A stretch of 64,000 nucleotides of DNA from the NCBI GenBank assembly GCA_048941015.1, contig JBHLNZ010000006.1:18431-82430 (forward strand). The letters are read 5' to 3'. Made by a program: the position numbers and the translations under genes. Positions 41,117 through 51,844 of this stretch are shown here, piece by piece. The stretch comes from Promethearchaeota archaeon. GTDB lineage: Archaea; Asgardarchaeota; Lokiarchaeia; Sigyniarchaeales; SOKP01. Every line of letters starts with the position of its first letter. The first letter of the stretch is position 1. The notes beneath the pieces are model-generated. The model had not been told where the DNA came from. It ran no database searches and worked only from the letters and a program-made list of their open reading frames with translations.

Positions 41117-41398
41117 ATGGAAAGAAGAACTCAACAAATGAATAGACCAAATCGGCCTATCGATTATTTGAAGAATTCGATGAATAAAGTAATTTTAATT
41201 AAGGTTAAACGGAATCGATTATTCAGAGGGCAACTATCTGGATTTGATGAACATCTAAATCTTTATTTGGAAGGCACAAGTCAGATTTTTGAATATCAAG
41301 ATGAAGATGGAAACATTCGTGAGGAGCACGAAGATCTCGGAAGTATTGTGGTCCGTGGCGATAATGTTATATTTGTGAATCTAGCCAATGAGGAATAA
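41117..41398 (+). CDS. Sm/Lsm (SmAP) RNA-binding protein
   Basis: Sm1 RPIDYL...GQLSGFDEHLNLYL and Sm2 IVVRGDNVIFV. Start could be 41105, 41117 or 41138. Confidence 0.92.
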   Translation: MERRTQQMNRPNRPIDYLKNSMNKVILIKVKRNRLFRGQLSGFDEHLNLYLEGTSQIFEYQDEDGNIREEHEDLGSIVVRGDNVIFVNLANEE

Positions 41399-41561
41399 AT
41401 CTTTTTAATCAAAAAGTATAAAATTTGTTTATAGTTTATTAGATATCTAATAGTTTTAGTCGATTTTAGATAAAAATTTTTAAATTTCGATTCTTTTCAA
41501 ATAAATAGGGAGAGAATTTGAATTTTTCTTATAAAATTAATTATTCAGCAATAAAATAAAG

Positions 41562-43667
41562 TTGATAACTATAAATGATGTAGAACCGGATGAAGCAGTT
41601 TTATTAAACCCTAATTTAGGGCATCCCCTATTCTTGGAACTAGATCGCAAGTTAAAGCAAAAAAATTTTCAAATTAATTTACTTTTTGTAAGCAATATTA
41701 AAACTAGCAATGAACTTGAGAAATTTTTAAAATATAAACTTGTTTTGGTCCCACTTCTTGAATACAAATGGAAAATGACATTATTGCTACGAAAACAAAA
41801 GAAGAAAAAGGAAATAGTAAAAGAAAAGGAAGTAAAAAAATCTTTTTGGAGAAGATTAATCAATAAATTATTTCGAAAAAAATCTAAACTGAAAGAAGAA
41901 AAAATCTCAGAAGAAGAATTATCTATTGATATCTCTAAAGAAAAGCTCAAGTATTTAAAGCCACGAATATTGAGAGGGGATCCTATTTCGGCAGTAATTT
42001 TGCATACTGAACCAACTTATATTACGGGAATTGAAAATACGAGCTATGATGATTATTGCAGTCCTCCAGAATATCTCATTAGACATAATATTATTGGAAA
42101 ATTAGACCATTTTTATAAAGTAACAATTGATTTCAACCTTTCAAATGAAGTAATCGAATTTTTGGATGTTCGAAATTTTGTTATGTTTGACATTAAACAT
42201 GAGAGAATAAAAGGAAAAGATAGTATTAATTATCATTCCTTTGTTCTTTCTAAAAATTTAAGTAAAGATTTAAATTGTATTCATGCTACGGATTTGCATT
42301 TAGCAGAAAGAAACGACCGAATTTATAGTATAATAAAAAAATGGTCACAAACGATTACTAAAGAAACACTTAAAGGAAATGAACAGTTACAGAAAGGCAA
42401 GGTTTCATTCTTTAAAAAAATCTTTAATATAATTCCTAAAAAAGAAACTTCTCCTATTAAACCACTTAAAAAACGACTAATTAATCCAAATAATAATTTT
42501 AGGAAATTTATTAAATTGATGAATGAAAAAGTTCTTGAAAATAATTTAGATTTTATTGTATTAACGGGAGATTTAATCGATTTTGCTATCCTTTCAAAAG
42601 TACCTAAAGATGTTAGGAAGGTTATTGACTTTGACTATAAACAGAGTAATTGGAGAGTATTTAAAGAAATTGTACTGAATTTTCCTCAGAAAAAAAGGAG
42701 GGGTGTAATTAATGGAGAAGAATTAATGTGCCCTATTTTCACATTACCCGGAAATCATGATTATCGTCCTTTTCATTATGATCTTAGATGGGGTGGTTTA
42801 TATAAAAAGATTGGATTAAGTGCAAATGAGGCTATTGCATTAAATGATAAATTACTAGCAAATCCCATAAGTTCTATTACAAAAAGCTTTCGAGCATTAA
42901 AAGCCTATTTAATGGAAATCAATTCTTCTTTAAATTATTCAATAAGATTTGGAAAAAATAATTTTATATTTTTAAATAGTGGTTCGGACTCTTTTAAAAA
43001 TTTACGAGATTTTATGATGGGTAAACCTTCAGTTACAGGAGTCTCAAGTAAACAAATAAAATATTTGGAAAACCTAATTAATTATAAAATAACTCAAGAT
43101 AGCAATATCTTTCTTTTTTTACATGGACCCCCAATAAATCCTAAGCGTTCAATAAATATATTTAAACGGTTTGAAAAATGGATATCTTCTACAGAGATTG
43201 GTTCGCAAATTGATGAACTCAAGGAATCTTTAGTTAAAAAGCTCGGTGAGGCTCTTTCTAAAGCTAGAATCGATCTTAAATTTGATGTTAAATTTGGTAC
43301 AATTTCAACAAACTGGGAAAAACTTATTAAATTTTGTAAGGATTATACGCTCTTAACTCTATGTGGACATACTCATGAACTAAAAGAATTCAGATTAGGA
43401 GATCCCGAAGCGACAAAGTCAACTGTTTTTCAAGCACCTCCTTTCAGTTTGAAGAAGATTGAAAACCCTGCTGCGATATATTACGATTTATATTCTGAAA
43501 TTTTTTCTAATCCTAAAGATATTGAAAAAAATGCCCCTTTCGTAGTTCAAACGCCTGCTTTAGGAATGGGAGGGTTTCATAATCCAAAATTGGTTGGCGC
43601 TTTTCGAGAAATAAAGATACATAAAGAAAGATTATCCTCTTTCAAAGTTGATTTTATAAATCGGTAA
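41562..43667 (+). CDS. Calcineurin-like metallophosphoesterase with N-terminal extension
   Basis: DLH, TGDLID, GNHD and GHTH motifs. Confidence 0.85.
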   Translation: MITINDVEPDEAVLLNPNLGHPLFLELDRKLKQKNFQINLLFVSNIKTSNELEKFLKYKLVLVPLLEYKWKMTLLLRKQKKKKEIVKEKEVKKSFWRRLINKLFRKKSKLKEEKISEEELSIDISKEKLKYLKPRILRGDPISAVILHTEPTYITGIENTSYDDYCSPPEYLIRHNIIGKLDHFYKVTIDFNLSNEVIEFLDVRNFVMFDIKHERIKGKDSINYHSFVLSKNLSKDLNCIHATDLHLAERNDRIYSIIKKWSQTITKETLKGNEQLQKGKVSFFKKIFNIIPKKETSPIKPLKKRLINPNNNFRKFIKLMNEKVLENNLDFIVLTGDLIDFAILSKVPKDVRKVIDFDYKQSNWRVFKEIVLNFPQKKRRGVINGEELMCPIFTLPGNHDYRPFHYDLRWGGLYKKIGLSANEAIALNDKLLANPISSITKSFRALKAYLMEINSSLNYSIRFGKNNFIFLNSGSDSFKNLRDFMMGKPSVTGVSSKQIKYLENLINYKITQDSNIFLFLHGPPINPKRSINIFKRFEKWISSTEIGSQIDELKESLVKKLGEALSKARIDLKFDVKFGTISTNWEKLIKFCKDYTLLTLCGHTHELKEFRLGDPEATKSTVFQAPPFSLKKIENPAAIYYDLYSEIFSNPKDIEKNAPFVVQTPALGMGGFHNPKLVGAFREIKIHKERLSSFKVDFINR

Positions 43668-43691
43668 ACTATTTCCATCAAAAGAAAAAAA

Positions 43692-44336
43692 TCATACTAA
43701 ATTATACCCTAGTTCAAATGCATTAATAGCTTCTGAACCTAACTTATTTGTCGTTGAGATTAATTCCCTAATTCTTTTCTCATTAAAAATTCCCATAAAT
43801 TCTTTTGCAATAACCCCTAATATGATATAATCTCCAAATTTAGTATCATTAAATTGAAATTGTGCTAAATCAGTAAAATTCATAGATATAATCCTTCTTG
43901 CTAATTGATCTAAAATATCTATTATTTCTCCTATCGATGGTTGAATATTTTTCTCATTCGTATTTTTATTATTATTCATTTTGAAATTTTGATTTATATT
44001 CATTATTACAACTGTTTTTTCAGAAATATAGTTTTTAGATTTATATGTTGCAAGTGGATCAAGTCCTATAATCAAATGTGCATCCTTCATAGGAATTAAC
44101 GGAGATATTAAATCTTCTTTGCTATAATTTTGTTCAAAAGAATAAATCCTATTATCTATTAAATATCTAATACCAATATATTTGACAATTCTGGAATTAG
44201 AATTGATTTCATCTATATTGTCAACCACTTTTTTAATGATAGGCGATTTTTTTGCAAAATCTCTTAGGATGGTTCCAATTAGAGCTAGTTTGTAACTATT
44301 CACTCCAACGATTAAGATATTAAAAATGTCTGCCAT
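43692..44336 (-). CDS. Divergent 2-oxoacid:ferredoxin oxidoreductase gamma / IorB-like protein
   Basis: FNILIVGV, SPLIP..DAHLIIGLDP and NAFELGY resemble IorB, but the GVGGQG loop is lost. Confidence 0.6.
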   Translation of the reverse strand: MADIFNILIVGVNSYKLALIGTILRDFAKKSPIIKKVVDNIDEINSNSRIVKYIGIRYLIDNRIYSFEQNYSKEDLISPLIPMKDAHLIIGLDPLATYKSKNYISEKTVVIMNINQNFKMNNNKNTNEKNIQPSIGEIIDILDQLARRIISMNFTDLAQFQFNDTKFGDYIILGVIAKEFMGIFNEKRIRELISTTNKLGSEAINAFELGYNLV

Positions 44337-44388
44337 CTAATTCAATTTAAAATAAATTATTAAAAAAATAGAAAAATTGTCTTTTTAT

Positions 44389-45879
44389 TTAATGAAATAC
44401 AGGTCTGCCTTTCCGATGAATTGCCATACCAAATACGTCCTCAGCAGCTTCTAAAACCATCTCTGAAATAGTTGGATGAGAATGTATTACTTCTGTTAAA
44501 TCATGAACTGTTAGATTGTGCTGCATAGCTACTGCGATTTCAGCAATTAGCTCTGATGCTTCCGCACCAATACAAGAAGCCCCAACAATCTTATGGGTAT
44601 CCTTATCTGCCAAAATCATTAAAAATCCATCATCCTCCGCCATACACTTCGCTTTTCCTAAAGATACATATGGAAACCGTCCCATCAATAGATCTATTCC
44701 CAAATCTTTCGCTTGTTTTCTTCTTAAACCGACAGAACCTATATTTGGACTGGTAAATATAGTTGCAGGAATTATATTATAATCTGTCTTCCTTTCTTCC
44801 ACAGGAAAACCGCCTATAGTTGCCAATGCATTCGCTACTGCAATATCACCCATATAACTTGCTACATGTGCTAACATTGGTGCTCCTGATGCTGAAACAT
44901 CTCCAATCGCATAAATTCCTTTTACAGGAGTCTCAGCGGTTTTGGTATCAATCTTTATCGCACCCCTCATCATTTCAATCCCAAGCTCTTCTAATCCTAG
45001 ATTACTTGATTCTCTAGCTCTGCCAATTGAAACTAAACAATAATCAGCTTCAAAGTAAGACTTTTCAGCACTATCTACTTGTTCCCTTGGAATATCCGCT
45101 GAGCATGTGGTAGCTTTTACTCCAGAACCTGTATTTTCTACTGATAATACATTTTGAGAAACTTTAATCTCTACGCCCATTGAATCTAATTTCTTTTGTA
45201 ATTCTTTAACAATCATAGGTTCTTCTGTAGCTATTGGTGAAGGTAAATACTCTAACATTACGACTTTACTTCCGAAGGTTGTGAATATATTTGCAAATTC
45301 ACAACCGATTACTCCCGCTCCAATAATTAATAGCTTTTTAGGTACAATTTTAAAATCAGGATGTAAAATATCATCACTCGTTAATACCCTATCATGATCG
45401 ATATTAAAAGCAGGAATCAATGCTGGAGAAGATCCTGTAGCAATAATAACTCGTTTTGCTTTGATTGTTTGAGTATCTTTACCTTCAATGGAAATATCAA
45501 ACCCATTAGTAGCATTTCCTCCAATAATTTTTCCGTGTCCAATATAAACATCATTTTTCCAAGCTTTCTCTAACGAAGCAATACCTTCAGTTAATTCTTT
45601 AACAACATTATTCTTCCGTTCAACAGCTTTGGCAAAGTTTAAATTCGGATCACATGATACACCAAATGCTTCACCATGTTCTCTTAATTTTTGTATCAAT
45701 TCTGCAGATGCATATAAAGCTTTAGTTGGAATACAACCCCAATTTAAACACGTACCGCCTAAATTCTTCTTCTCGATTAATGCTACCTTAGCGCCATATT
45801 GAGCAGCTCTAATCGCTGCGTGATACCCACCTGGACCCGCTCCGATAACTGCTAAATCATACAATCCTGTATCAGACAT
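44389..45879 (-). CDS. lpdA: Dihydrolipoamide dehydrogenase
   Basis: GAGPGGY, GGTCLNWGCIPTK, GAGVIGCE and HSHPTISE motifs. Confidence 0.95.
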   Translation of the reverse strand: MSDTGLYDLAVIGAGPGGYHAAIRAAQYGAKVALIEKKNLGGTCLNWGCIPTKALYASAELIQKLREHGEAFGVSCDPNLNFAKAVERKNNVVKELTEGIASLEKAWKNDVYIGHGKIIGGNATNGFDISIEGKDTQTIKAKRVIIATGSSPALIPAFNIDHDRVLTSDDILHPDFKIVPKKLLIIGAGVIGCEFANIFTTFGSKVVMLEYLPSPIATEEPMIVKELQKKLDSMGVEIKVSQNVLSVENTGSGVKATTCSADIPREQVDSAEKSYFEADYCLVSIGRARESSNLGLEELGIEMMRGAIKIDTKTAETPVKGIYAIGDVSASGAPMLAHVASYMGDIAVANALATIGGFPVEERKTDYNIIPATIFTSPNIGSVGLRRKQAKDLGIDLLMGRFPYVSLGKAKCMAEDDGFLMILADKDTHKIVGASCIGAEASELIAEIAVAMQHNLTVHDLTEVIHSHPTISEMVLEAAEDVFGMAIHRKGRPVFH

Positions 45880-45994
45880 CTTTTTATCTACTTCTTTGAT
45901 TTTTATGTGATGTAAAACTTATATTTTGTGATAGGGAATTGTTAATCAAATATTAAATTTAATAATTTTTTTTTTCAAATTAGTAGAGAAGTGT

Positions 45995-47413
45995 GTGAAT
46001 TTGTACATAAAAAACATATCACAATTGACTCCTGCCGATATAGGAAAGAAACATTTAGAGTTAAGACAAATTGGGTTGGAAGCCTTAGAATTGGCTATTG
46101 AATCTGTTAAACCAGATAAATTAATTAAGCAGAGTGTACGTTTGGATGATTTTTATTTAAAGATAAGTAATGATAAATACGATCTAAATACTTTTGATAC
46201 TATATATTTTATTGGTGGAGGGAAAGCTTCTGCTCAAATGGCTTTATCCTTTATAGACCTCTTTAAGAAATCTTCGATTACAAATTACGAAGGAATTATT
46301 AATATTCCTGAAGGTTTAGAAGTAAAGAACTCAGAAATTAATGATAGAATTATATTCAATTATGCTTCACATCCTATTCCAAATGAAAGTGGCCGCAATG
46401 GAACAAAAGGTATGTTCAAACTCATTGAAAAATCCACTAAAAATGATTTAATAATATGTCTAATTTCTGGTGGAGGTTCTGCCTTACTTCCCTTACCCAA
46501 AGGAGAGATTTCTTTAAAAGATCTGCAAAAGGTAAATTCATTATTATTATCATCAGGAGCTTCAATACATGAAGTTAATACTATTAGGAAACATATTTCA
46601 GAATTGAAAGGGGGGAATTTAGCAAGAAAAGTATATAATTCGAGTGGCGCTACTTTAATCTCCTTAATTATTTCTGACGTAGTAGGGAATAATTTGGATT
46701 CAATCGCATCAGGTCCTACTGTACCAGATATAACTACTTATTATGATGCAAAAGATATTTTAATAAAATATAATCTAATGCAAAAGATACCATCTTCAGT
46801 TAATGATCTCATTCTTAGCGGACAAAAAAATCCACAATTAGAAACTCCTAAAAAAGGGGATAAATGTTTTAATAATGTCTATAATTACTTAATTGGAAGT
46901 GTAGATTCCGCAGCTGAAGCTATTATTAACTTTTTAAATAATCATAATTTCAAGACAAAATATTTTTCTAATAAAATATTTGGAGAGGCAAAAGAATTTG
47001 GTAAATATTTATTTGAAAAGATTAAGGATGAAATAAGAATTAAAATGGATAATTCTAAATTAGCATTAATAGGCACGGGAGAATTGACTGTAACTATTAA
47101 GGGTAATGGAATTGGGGGAAGAAATCAAGAAATGCTTCTTAGTTTCCTCGATAAACTATTATATACCCCTTTAAGTCGAAACTATCTATTAATTGGAGCG
47201 AATCTCGATGGTATAGAAGGAAATAGTAAAGCTATGGGCGCAGTTATCGACAATTATGTTGTAGAACAGGTTTCAAATCAAAATATTGAATTAAAGAACT
47301 TCCTAAATAATAATGATTCGAATTCATTCTTTAAAAAAGTGAAAACAGAAATAATAACAGGTCCAACGGGCTGCAACGTAAATGATATTTTATTGATTTT
47401 AATTACTAGTTAA
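45995..47413 (+). CDS. Glycerate 2-kinase (MOFRL family)
   Basis: GGGKA, HPIP, LISGGGSAL, IASGPT, GGRNQE and TGPTGCNVND motifs. Confidence 0.9.
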   Translation: MNLYIKNISQLTPADIGKKHLELRQIGLEALELAIESVKPDKLIKQSVRLDDFYLKISNDKYDLNTFDTIYFIGGGKASAQMALSFIDLFKKSSITNYEGIINIPEGLEVKNSEINDRIIFNYASHPIPNESGRNGTKGMFKLIEKSTKNDLIICLISGGGSALLPLPKGEISLKDLQKVNSLLLSSGASIHEVNTIRKHISELKGGNLARKVYNSSGATLISLIISDVVGNNLDSIASGPTVPDITTYYDAKDILIKYNLMQKIPSSVNDLILSGQKNPQLETPKKGDKCFNNVYNYLIGSVDSAAEAIINFLNNHNFKTKYFSNKIFGEAKEFGKYLFEKIKDEIRIKMDNSKLALIGTGELTVTIKGNGIGGRNQEMLLSFLDKLLYTPLSRNYLLIGANLDGIEGNSKAMGAVIDNYVVEQVSNQNIELKNFLNNNDSNSFFKKVKTEIITGPTGCNVNDILLILITS

Positions 47414-47430
47414 AAATTTAATCAAAAATT

Positions 47431-47628
47431 ATGAAAGATGATAAAAAGATATTAAAAGTAAAAGGATTTGGAGGCCCACTCATAATTACATGCCCCATTT
47501 GTGGATACTCCTTTAAAGCTCTTGATCCAAAATCAAAGAAGAAAGTATGTCCAATGTGTGGTCATACCTTTTATGAGCCAAATATCTCGCCAAGAGAACC
47601 AAAACATTTCGATAATGATTTCTTTTGA
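47431..47628 (+). CDS. Small zinc-ribbon protein
   Basis: CPICG...CPMCG in 65 aa. Confidence 0.7.
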   Translation: MKDDKKILKVKGFGGPLIITCPICGYSFKALDPKSKKKVCPMCGHTFYEPNISPREPKHFDNDFF

Positions 47629-47847
47629 TATCTAACGATTAATTCAAGTTTAAGTTTAGCAGTATTTAATTTAATTTTAGATTATCCTAAATATTTCATT
47701 TCTTAGAATTTAATTATAATGAAAATAATCTTTTTTAATAACAGTACCTATATATATTAATACACCGACATTATTTTATCAATCCATAAATAATAATTTA
47801 AATTGAAATTTATAACACAAAATTGAAAAATAAGAAGGTGAATCAAT

Positions 47848-50028
47848 ATGGCACGAAAAAAGAAAGAGAAGAGACCTAGTTTTTCAGAAAAAATGGGTTG
47901 GGCCGCTGAAGAAGTAGAAGAAGCAAAGGTAGCAGAAGGACTTAAAAGAACTGAATTAGAAAGTGGAAAGGTTACTTTAATTGATAGAGATATATCTACT
48001 CCCGTAATTGAGACCTATGACAGAGATACAGGACAACTTGAAGGTTCTATTTTGTTAAAAGATGGAAATCGGGAAGGTTTAACATGCTTAGTTAAAATTA
48101 TTGAAGATGTTAATTCTGATCTTGATCATGATGGAGAAATAAATAAGATAAACTTTCAAGGAAAATTAAATGTTGAAAATCCAAGTAAGAAAGATAGATT
48201 ATGGGACATTGATATTAAACTTAAAAATATCGATCAAACAAACTTAAAATCTGATGAAATTAAAGTTAGGGAGTTGGGAACCGATGCTAAAACAAGTATT
48301 AACTCAAGGAATTTCTTACTAAAAGGAGAAGCAAAGAATCTACTTTTAGTCAAAGAATATGTAAATACTCTCACAAATGCCGATGATGTGTTAAATGTTA
48401 GAGATGTTGAAACTGATTTAATGAAATTAAAAGATAAAACAGCTAAAGCAGGTTCTAATGTAGTAAAAAAAGTTGAGGAAGAAGAAGAGGAGGAAGAGGA
48501 GGAAGAAGAGGAGGAAGAAGAAGAAGAGGAAGAAGAAGAGGATGAAGATGATGAATCTTTAGAAGATGGTGGAACAGTAGATCTTTCATTACAATCATTT
48601 GGTATCTCTATTGATAAAGAAAATACTGTTACCTTCGCTCTTGGTATGATAAACCTGTTTGAAAAATCAGTTTCTAATGTGAAGGTCGTAAAAAAAGTTC
48701 CAGATGACTTTACAAATATTTTAGTAAAAAAATCAAATGTAGGATCCGCTGATGTACAAAATAATAAAGTTATATGGACAATCGAAAAATTAGAACCAAA
48801 TAGAACAGCTTTATTAAAATTTACTTGTAGTATTTATGTAACTGATATTGAAAAGCGAAGAACTGGACCCGTAGAAGTTACATTTCAAGCAGCTTCTTCA
48901 TTTGCTGGAGGCCTTGATATAGATAAATATGATGCTTATACCAGAAATAAATTTTATGTAGACACAGTAGAAAGAGATGAAGAACCTGGAATTTGGGACT
49001 GTAAATTAGTTTTTGAAAATCCATCTGAATTCGTTATTCAATTGTTTAATGCTGATGTATATTCTCCTGATGATGAATCAGTAAAATATGTGGATATTGA
49101 CCCTGAAGATGTACCATTATTACCAGCCGGAGCTGAATGGCATTCTAAAAAATGGCGTTTTGAGTCTGAAGATTTACCTGCTTTCAGGAAAAAACTTGAG
49201 TTTCGGGTCATGCCTGACTTCCAGACAACAGTAAATGGAAACATAAGTATCTCAGATGTAATATTAGAAATTGCAAGTATCACTGGAGAAATGAGTTATG
49301 ATCTAACACAAGTTCCAACTTATAAAGAACAAGATGTTATAGCAAAGCTTAAAATGGTAAATAATGGATCTGCTCCATTAAATGAAATTCATGTTCTCCA
49401 GCAATATTTCACCAATGAATTCAAACCACCTAAAGCTGATGAAGTAAAGTTGATTTGGGATGGGGATGAGGTTGACTTAGATTCAAGAGCTGTTAGTTTT
49501 GAAGGAAGTGTATTCAAAGTCTCATTAACAGATCTACAAAATAGCGATACCGGTATGTTTAAACCTGAATCATCAATTGAATTCCAATATCCTATTCATA
49601 GTGTTAATCCTGTTCAAGAAGCAACATTTGAATCTGAAATAATATATTTGGCTAATACATTTCCAGTTTCACAGGAGTTAGAATTTAAACCTGAAGTACC
49701 AGTAATCGAGGCACTTCACCTAAGAAGAAGATTCAGAATCGGAAAGGAAGTTATCCCTATTGGAGCTCTTGGAAACTACAAGATTATTTTAACCGTAGAA
49801 AATATTGGAACAGCTCCTCTTCAGAACTTAATACTAATGGATAAAGTCCCAGACAATTTTGAATATGGTAGTTATTCTGGTGGAACTCCAGATATTACTG
49901 ATGAGGTAGGAAGTGATACACTTAAATGGACAATAGAATTATTAAGCGCTGAAGATAAAGTTGAAATCTCTTATGAAATTAGTGGTACTGGAGAATATAG
50001 TCCAAGTGATGCTCAACTAGCCTTATAA
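47848..50028 (+). CDS. Cytoplasmic beta-sandwich protein (DUF11-like/mu-homology-like segments) with poly-Glu tract
   Basis: No signal peptide; repeated N...NV...K-VPD-F...WTI units; AGGTGA ribosome-binding site upstream. Confidence 0.75.
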   Translation: MARKKKEKRPSFSEKMGWAAEEVEEAKVAEGLKRTELESGKVTLIDRDISTPVIETYDRDTGQLEGSILLKDGNREGLTCLVKIIEDVNSDLDHDGEINKINFQGKLNVENPSKKDRLWDIDIKLKNIDQTNLKSDEIKVRELGTDAKTSINSRNFLLKGEAKNLLLVKEYVNTLTNADDVLNVRDVETDLMKLKDKTAKAGSNVVKKVEEEEEEEEEEEEEEEEEEEEEEDEDDESLEDGGTVDLSLQSFGISIDKENTVTFALGMINLFEKSVSNVKVVKKVPDDFTNILVKKSNVGSADVQNNKVIWTIEKLEPNRTALLKFTCSIYVTDIEKRRTGPVEVTFQAASSFAGGLDIDKYDAYTRNKFYVDTVERDEEPGIWDCKLVFENPSEFVIQLFNADVYSPDDESVKYVDIDPEDVPLLPAGAEWHSKKWRFESEDLPAFRKKLEFRVMPDFQTTVNGNISISDVILEIASITGEMSYDLTQVPTYKEQDVIAKLKMVNNGSAPLNEIHVLQQYFTNEFKPPKADEVKLIWDGDEVDLDSRAVSFEGSVFKVSLTDLQNSDTGMFKPESSIEFQYPIHSVNPVQEATFESEIIYLANTFPVSQELEFKPEVPVIEALHLRRRFRIGKEVIPIGALGNYKIILTVENIGTAPLQNLILMDKVPDNFEYGSYSGGTPDITDEVGSDTLKWTIELLSAEDKVEISYEISGTGEYSPSDAQLAL
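48475..48555 (+). repeat. GAR trinucleotide tract encoding E22-DEDDE
   Basis: Mixed GAA/GAG codons read directly from the sequence. Confidence 0.9.
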
Positions 50029-50175
50029 CTAATACTCAATTTAATTTTTATTTTTTTAATTTCTAATAATTTTAAATTAAGAGAACAATTAAATAAATTT
50101 AATTTTACTTCTTAAATAGGTTAAAAATTATTTAGTAGTTGTAAGAGACTAATTATTAATTAGGAATTTAGGACA

Positions 50176-51831
50176 ATGATAAATAAACACTTCAACCTAA
50201 ATTGGATGTTTGAATGCCCAGATGCAATATTAACACTTTCAGTACTCAATTGTGGTGAAGAATCGTTTCTAGTGTTTGGAGGACATGACAAAACCTTATA
50301 TTTAATGGATAAAGATTTAAATATTCTTGACAGTATCACTTTTGACGGATGGTGTAGATGTACTTTTCCGGTTGATATAACGGGTGATGGTTGTGATGAA
50401 ATTCTTGTTGGAGCTGGTGATGGCAACTTCTTGGTAGTAAAATTTGTAAAAGGTTTAAATAAGTTAGCTGGCATCATGAATTATAAAACTTTTGGAAAGG
50501 TGCTTTGCGTAGCTGCAGGAGATTTTACACGTGACGGCAATATTGAATTAATTTTCGGTGGAGAAGATAAAACTCTTAAAATATTTGAGAATATAGATTC
50601 AAAAGAGCCCAAATTTGTATTTTATTATGATTCATGGGTCACTGCTTGTGCATTAGGATATCTAAAACTCTCAAAAGAAGATGATCCGATCTATGGATTA
50701 TTAGTAGGAACAAAAAGTGGGTTTTTACAATTAATTCGAGTAAAAGATGGGAAACCTGATATAGTATGGCAAAAAGATTTAGGTTCTCAAATTAACGTGA
50801 TTAATATCGGGGATGCTACTAATGATGGGTATCATGAAATAGTTTTAGGAACTGATGATTCTCAATTGAAGTTATTAAATCCAGAAGGTGAAGAGTTAAA
50901 AGTCATAAATTTTGAAGAAGGACGGCCTATTTCATTGAAAATGGAAGATATAGACGGAGATAATGCCAAGGAAATCATTGTAGGTTGTGCAGATGGGACT
51001 TTAAGAATTTATCATAATCCGAAATTGAATTCTAAAGATATAGACTTAAAATGGAAAACATCAACGTCTTCCTCTATTAAAATAGTATCGATGATGAAAG
51101 ATCCAAAGGAAGGATTAACCAATATTCTATACGGAGGGTATGATAGAAGTATCCGATGTATTTCAGATTTAGAATGTGGTGAGAAAGCAAAACTTGATAT
51201 TCCATATAGCATAATTGTTTCAGAAACTAATAAAGAAGAAGCCAAACCAAAAGTTGAGGAGTTAGTTGAAATTGAAACAGTACCAACAAATATTAGAGAG
51301 TATATATTTAAACTTCTTATCGAAAAAAGAGTTATAGAAGGGATTGCCAAAGATTTAGAAAAACGAGGTTATGTTCTTGAGACAATAGTAGAAGAATTTG
51401 AAAAAATGCTTTCCCAAAGGCCTGATTCATATGAAAAAGTAACCTATTCTATTTGGACCTTGCCTGAAGAAAAGATTGGAAAAGAAGGTGTGATAGGAGC
51501 TCCCGTATCAATGAAATCTAAAAAAATAAAACCATTAGTTATTGAAGAAGTTGGACGAGCAAAAGGAGCCTCATTAATCGATGCGTTACAAAAGGATACC
51601 CAACAAAAAGTAACTGAAGAGAATTCAGCGACAGAGAAAAATCTAAGAACGATCATTATTCATCATTTAGAGAAAAATAAACTAATTCCAACCAAGACTC
51701 AGCTAGTAGATGAGATAGTAATTTTAGGTTATAATGAAAAAACCGTTGAAGATTTAATCGAAAAGTTGAAAAATGAGGGTGTTTTAAAATATTCTCGCTC
51801 AGAACCCAAAGGATGGAGCTTAGCAGAGTAA
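50176..51831 (+). CDS. Beta-propeller protein (FG-GAP/BBS2-like D-x-x-G-D-G-x-x-E repeats) with C-terminal winged-helix-like domain
   Basis: Repeats DITGDGCDEILVG, DFTRDGNIELIFGGED, DATNDGYHEIVLG and DIDGDNAKEIIVG; no signal peptide. Confidence 0.78.
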   Translation: MINKHFNLNWMFECPDAILTLSVLNCGEESFLVFGGHDKTLYLMDKDLNILDSITFDGWCRCTFPVDITGDGCDEILVGAGDGNFLVVKFVKGLNKLAGIMNYKTFGKVLCVAAGDFTRDGNIELIFGGEDKTLKIFENIDSKEPKFVFYYDSWVTACALGYLKLSKEDDPIYGLLVGTKSGFLQLIRVKDGKPDIVWQKDLGSQINVINIGDATNDGYHEIVLGTDDSQLKLLNPEGEELKVINFEEGRPISLKMEDIDGDNAKEIIVGCADGTLRIYHNPKLNSKDIDLKWKTSTSSSIKIVSMMKDPKEGLTNILYGGYDRSIRCISDLECGEKAKLDIPYSIIVSETNKEEAKPKVEELVEIETVPTNIREYIFKLLIEKRVIEGIAKDLEKRGYVLETIVEEFEKMLSQRPDSYEKVTYSIWTLPEEKIGKEGVIGAPVSMKSKKIKPLVIEEVGRAKGASLIDALQKDTQQKVTEENSATEKNLRTIIIHHLEKNKLIPTKTQLVDEIVILGYNEKTVEDLIEKLKNEGVLKYSRSEPKGWSLAE

Positions 51832-51844
51832 TATAAAAATTTGA

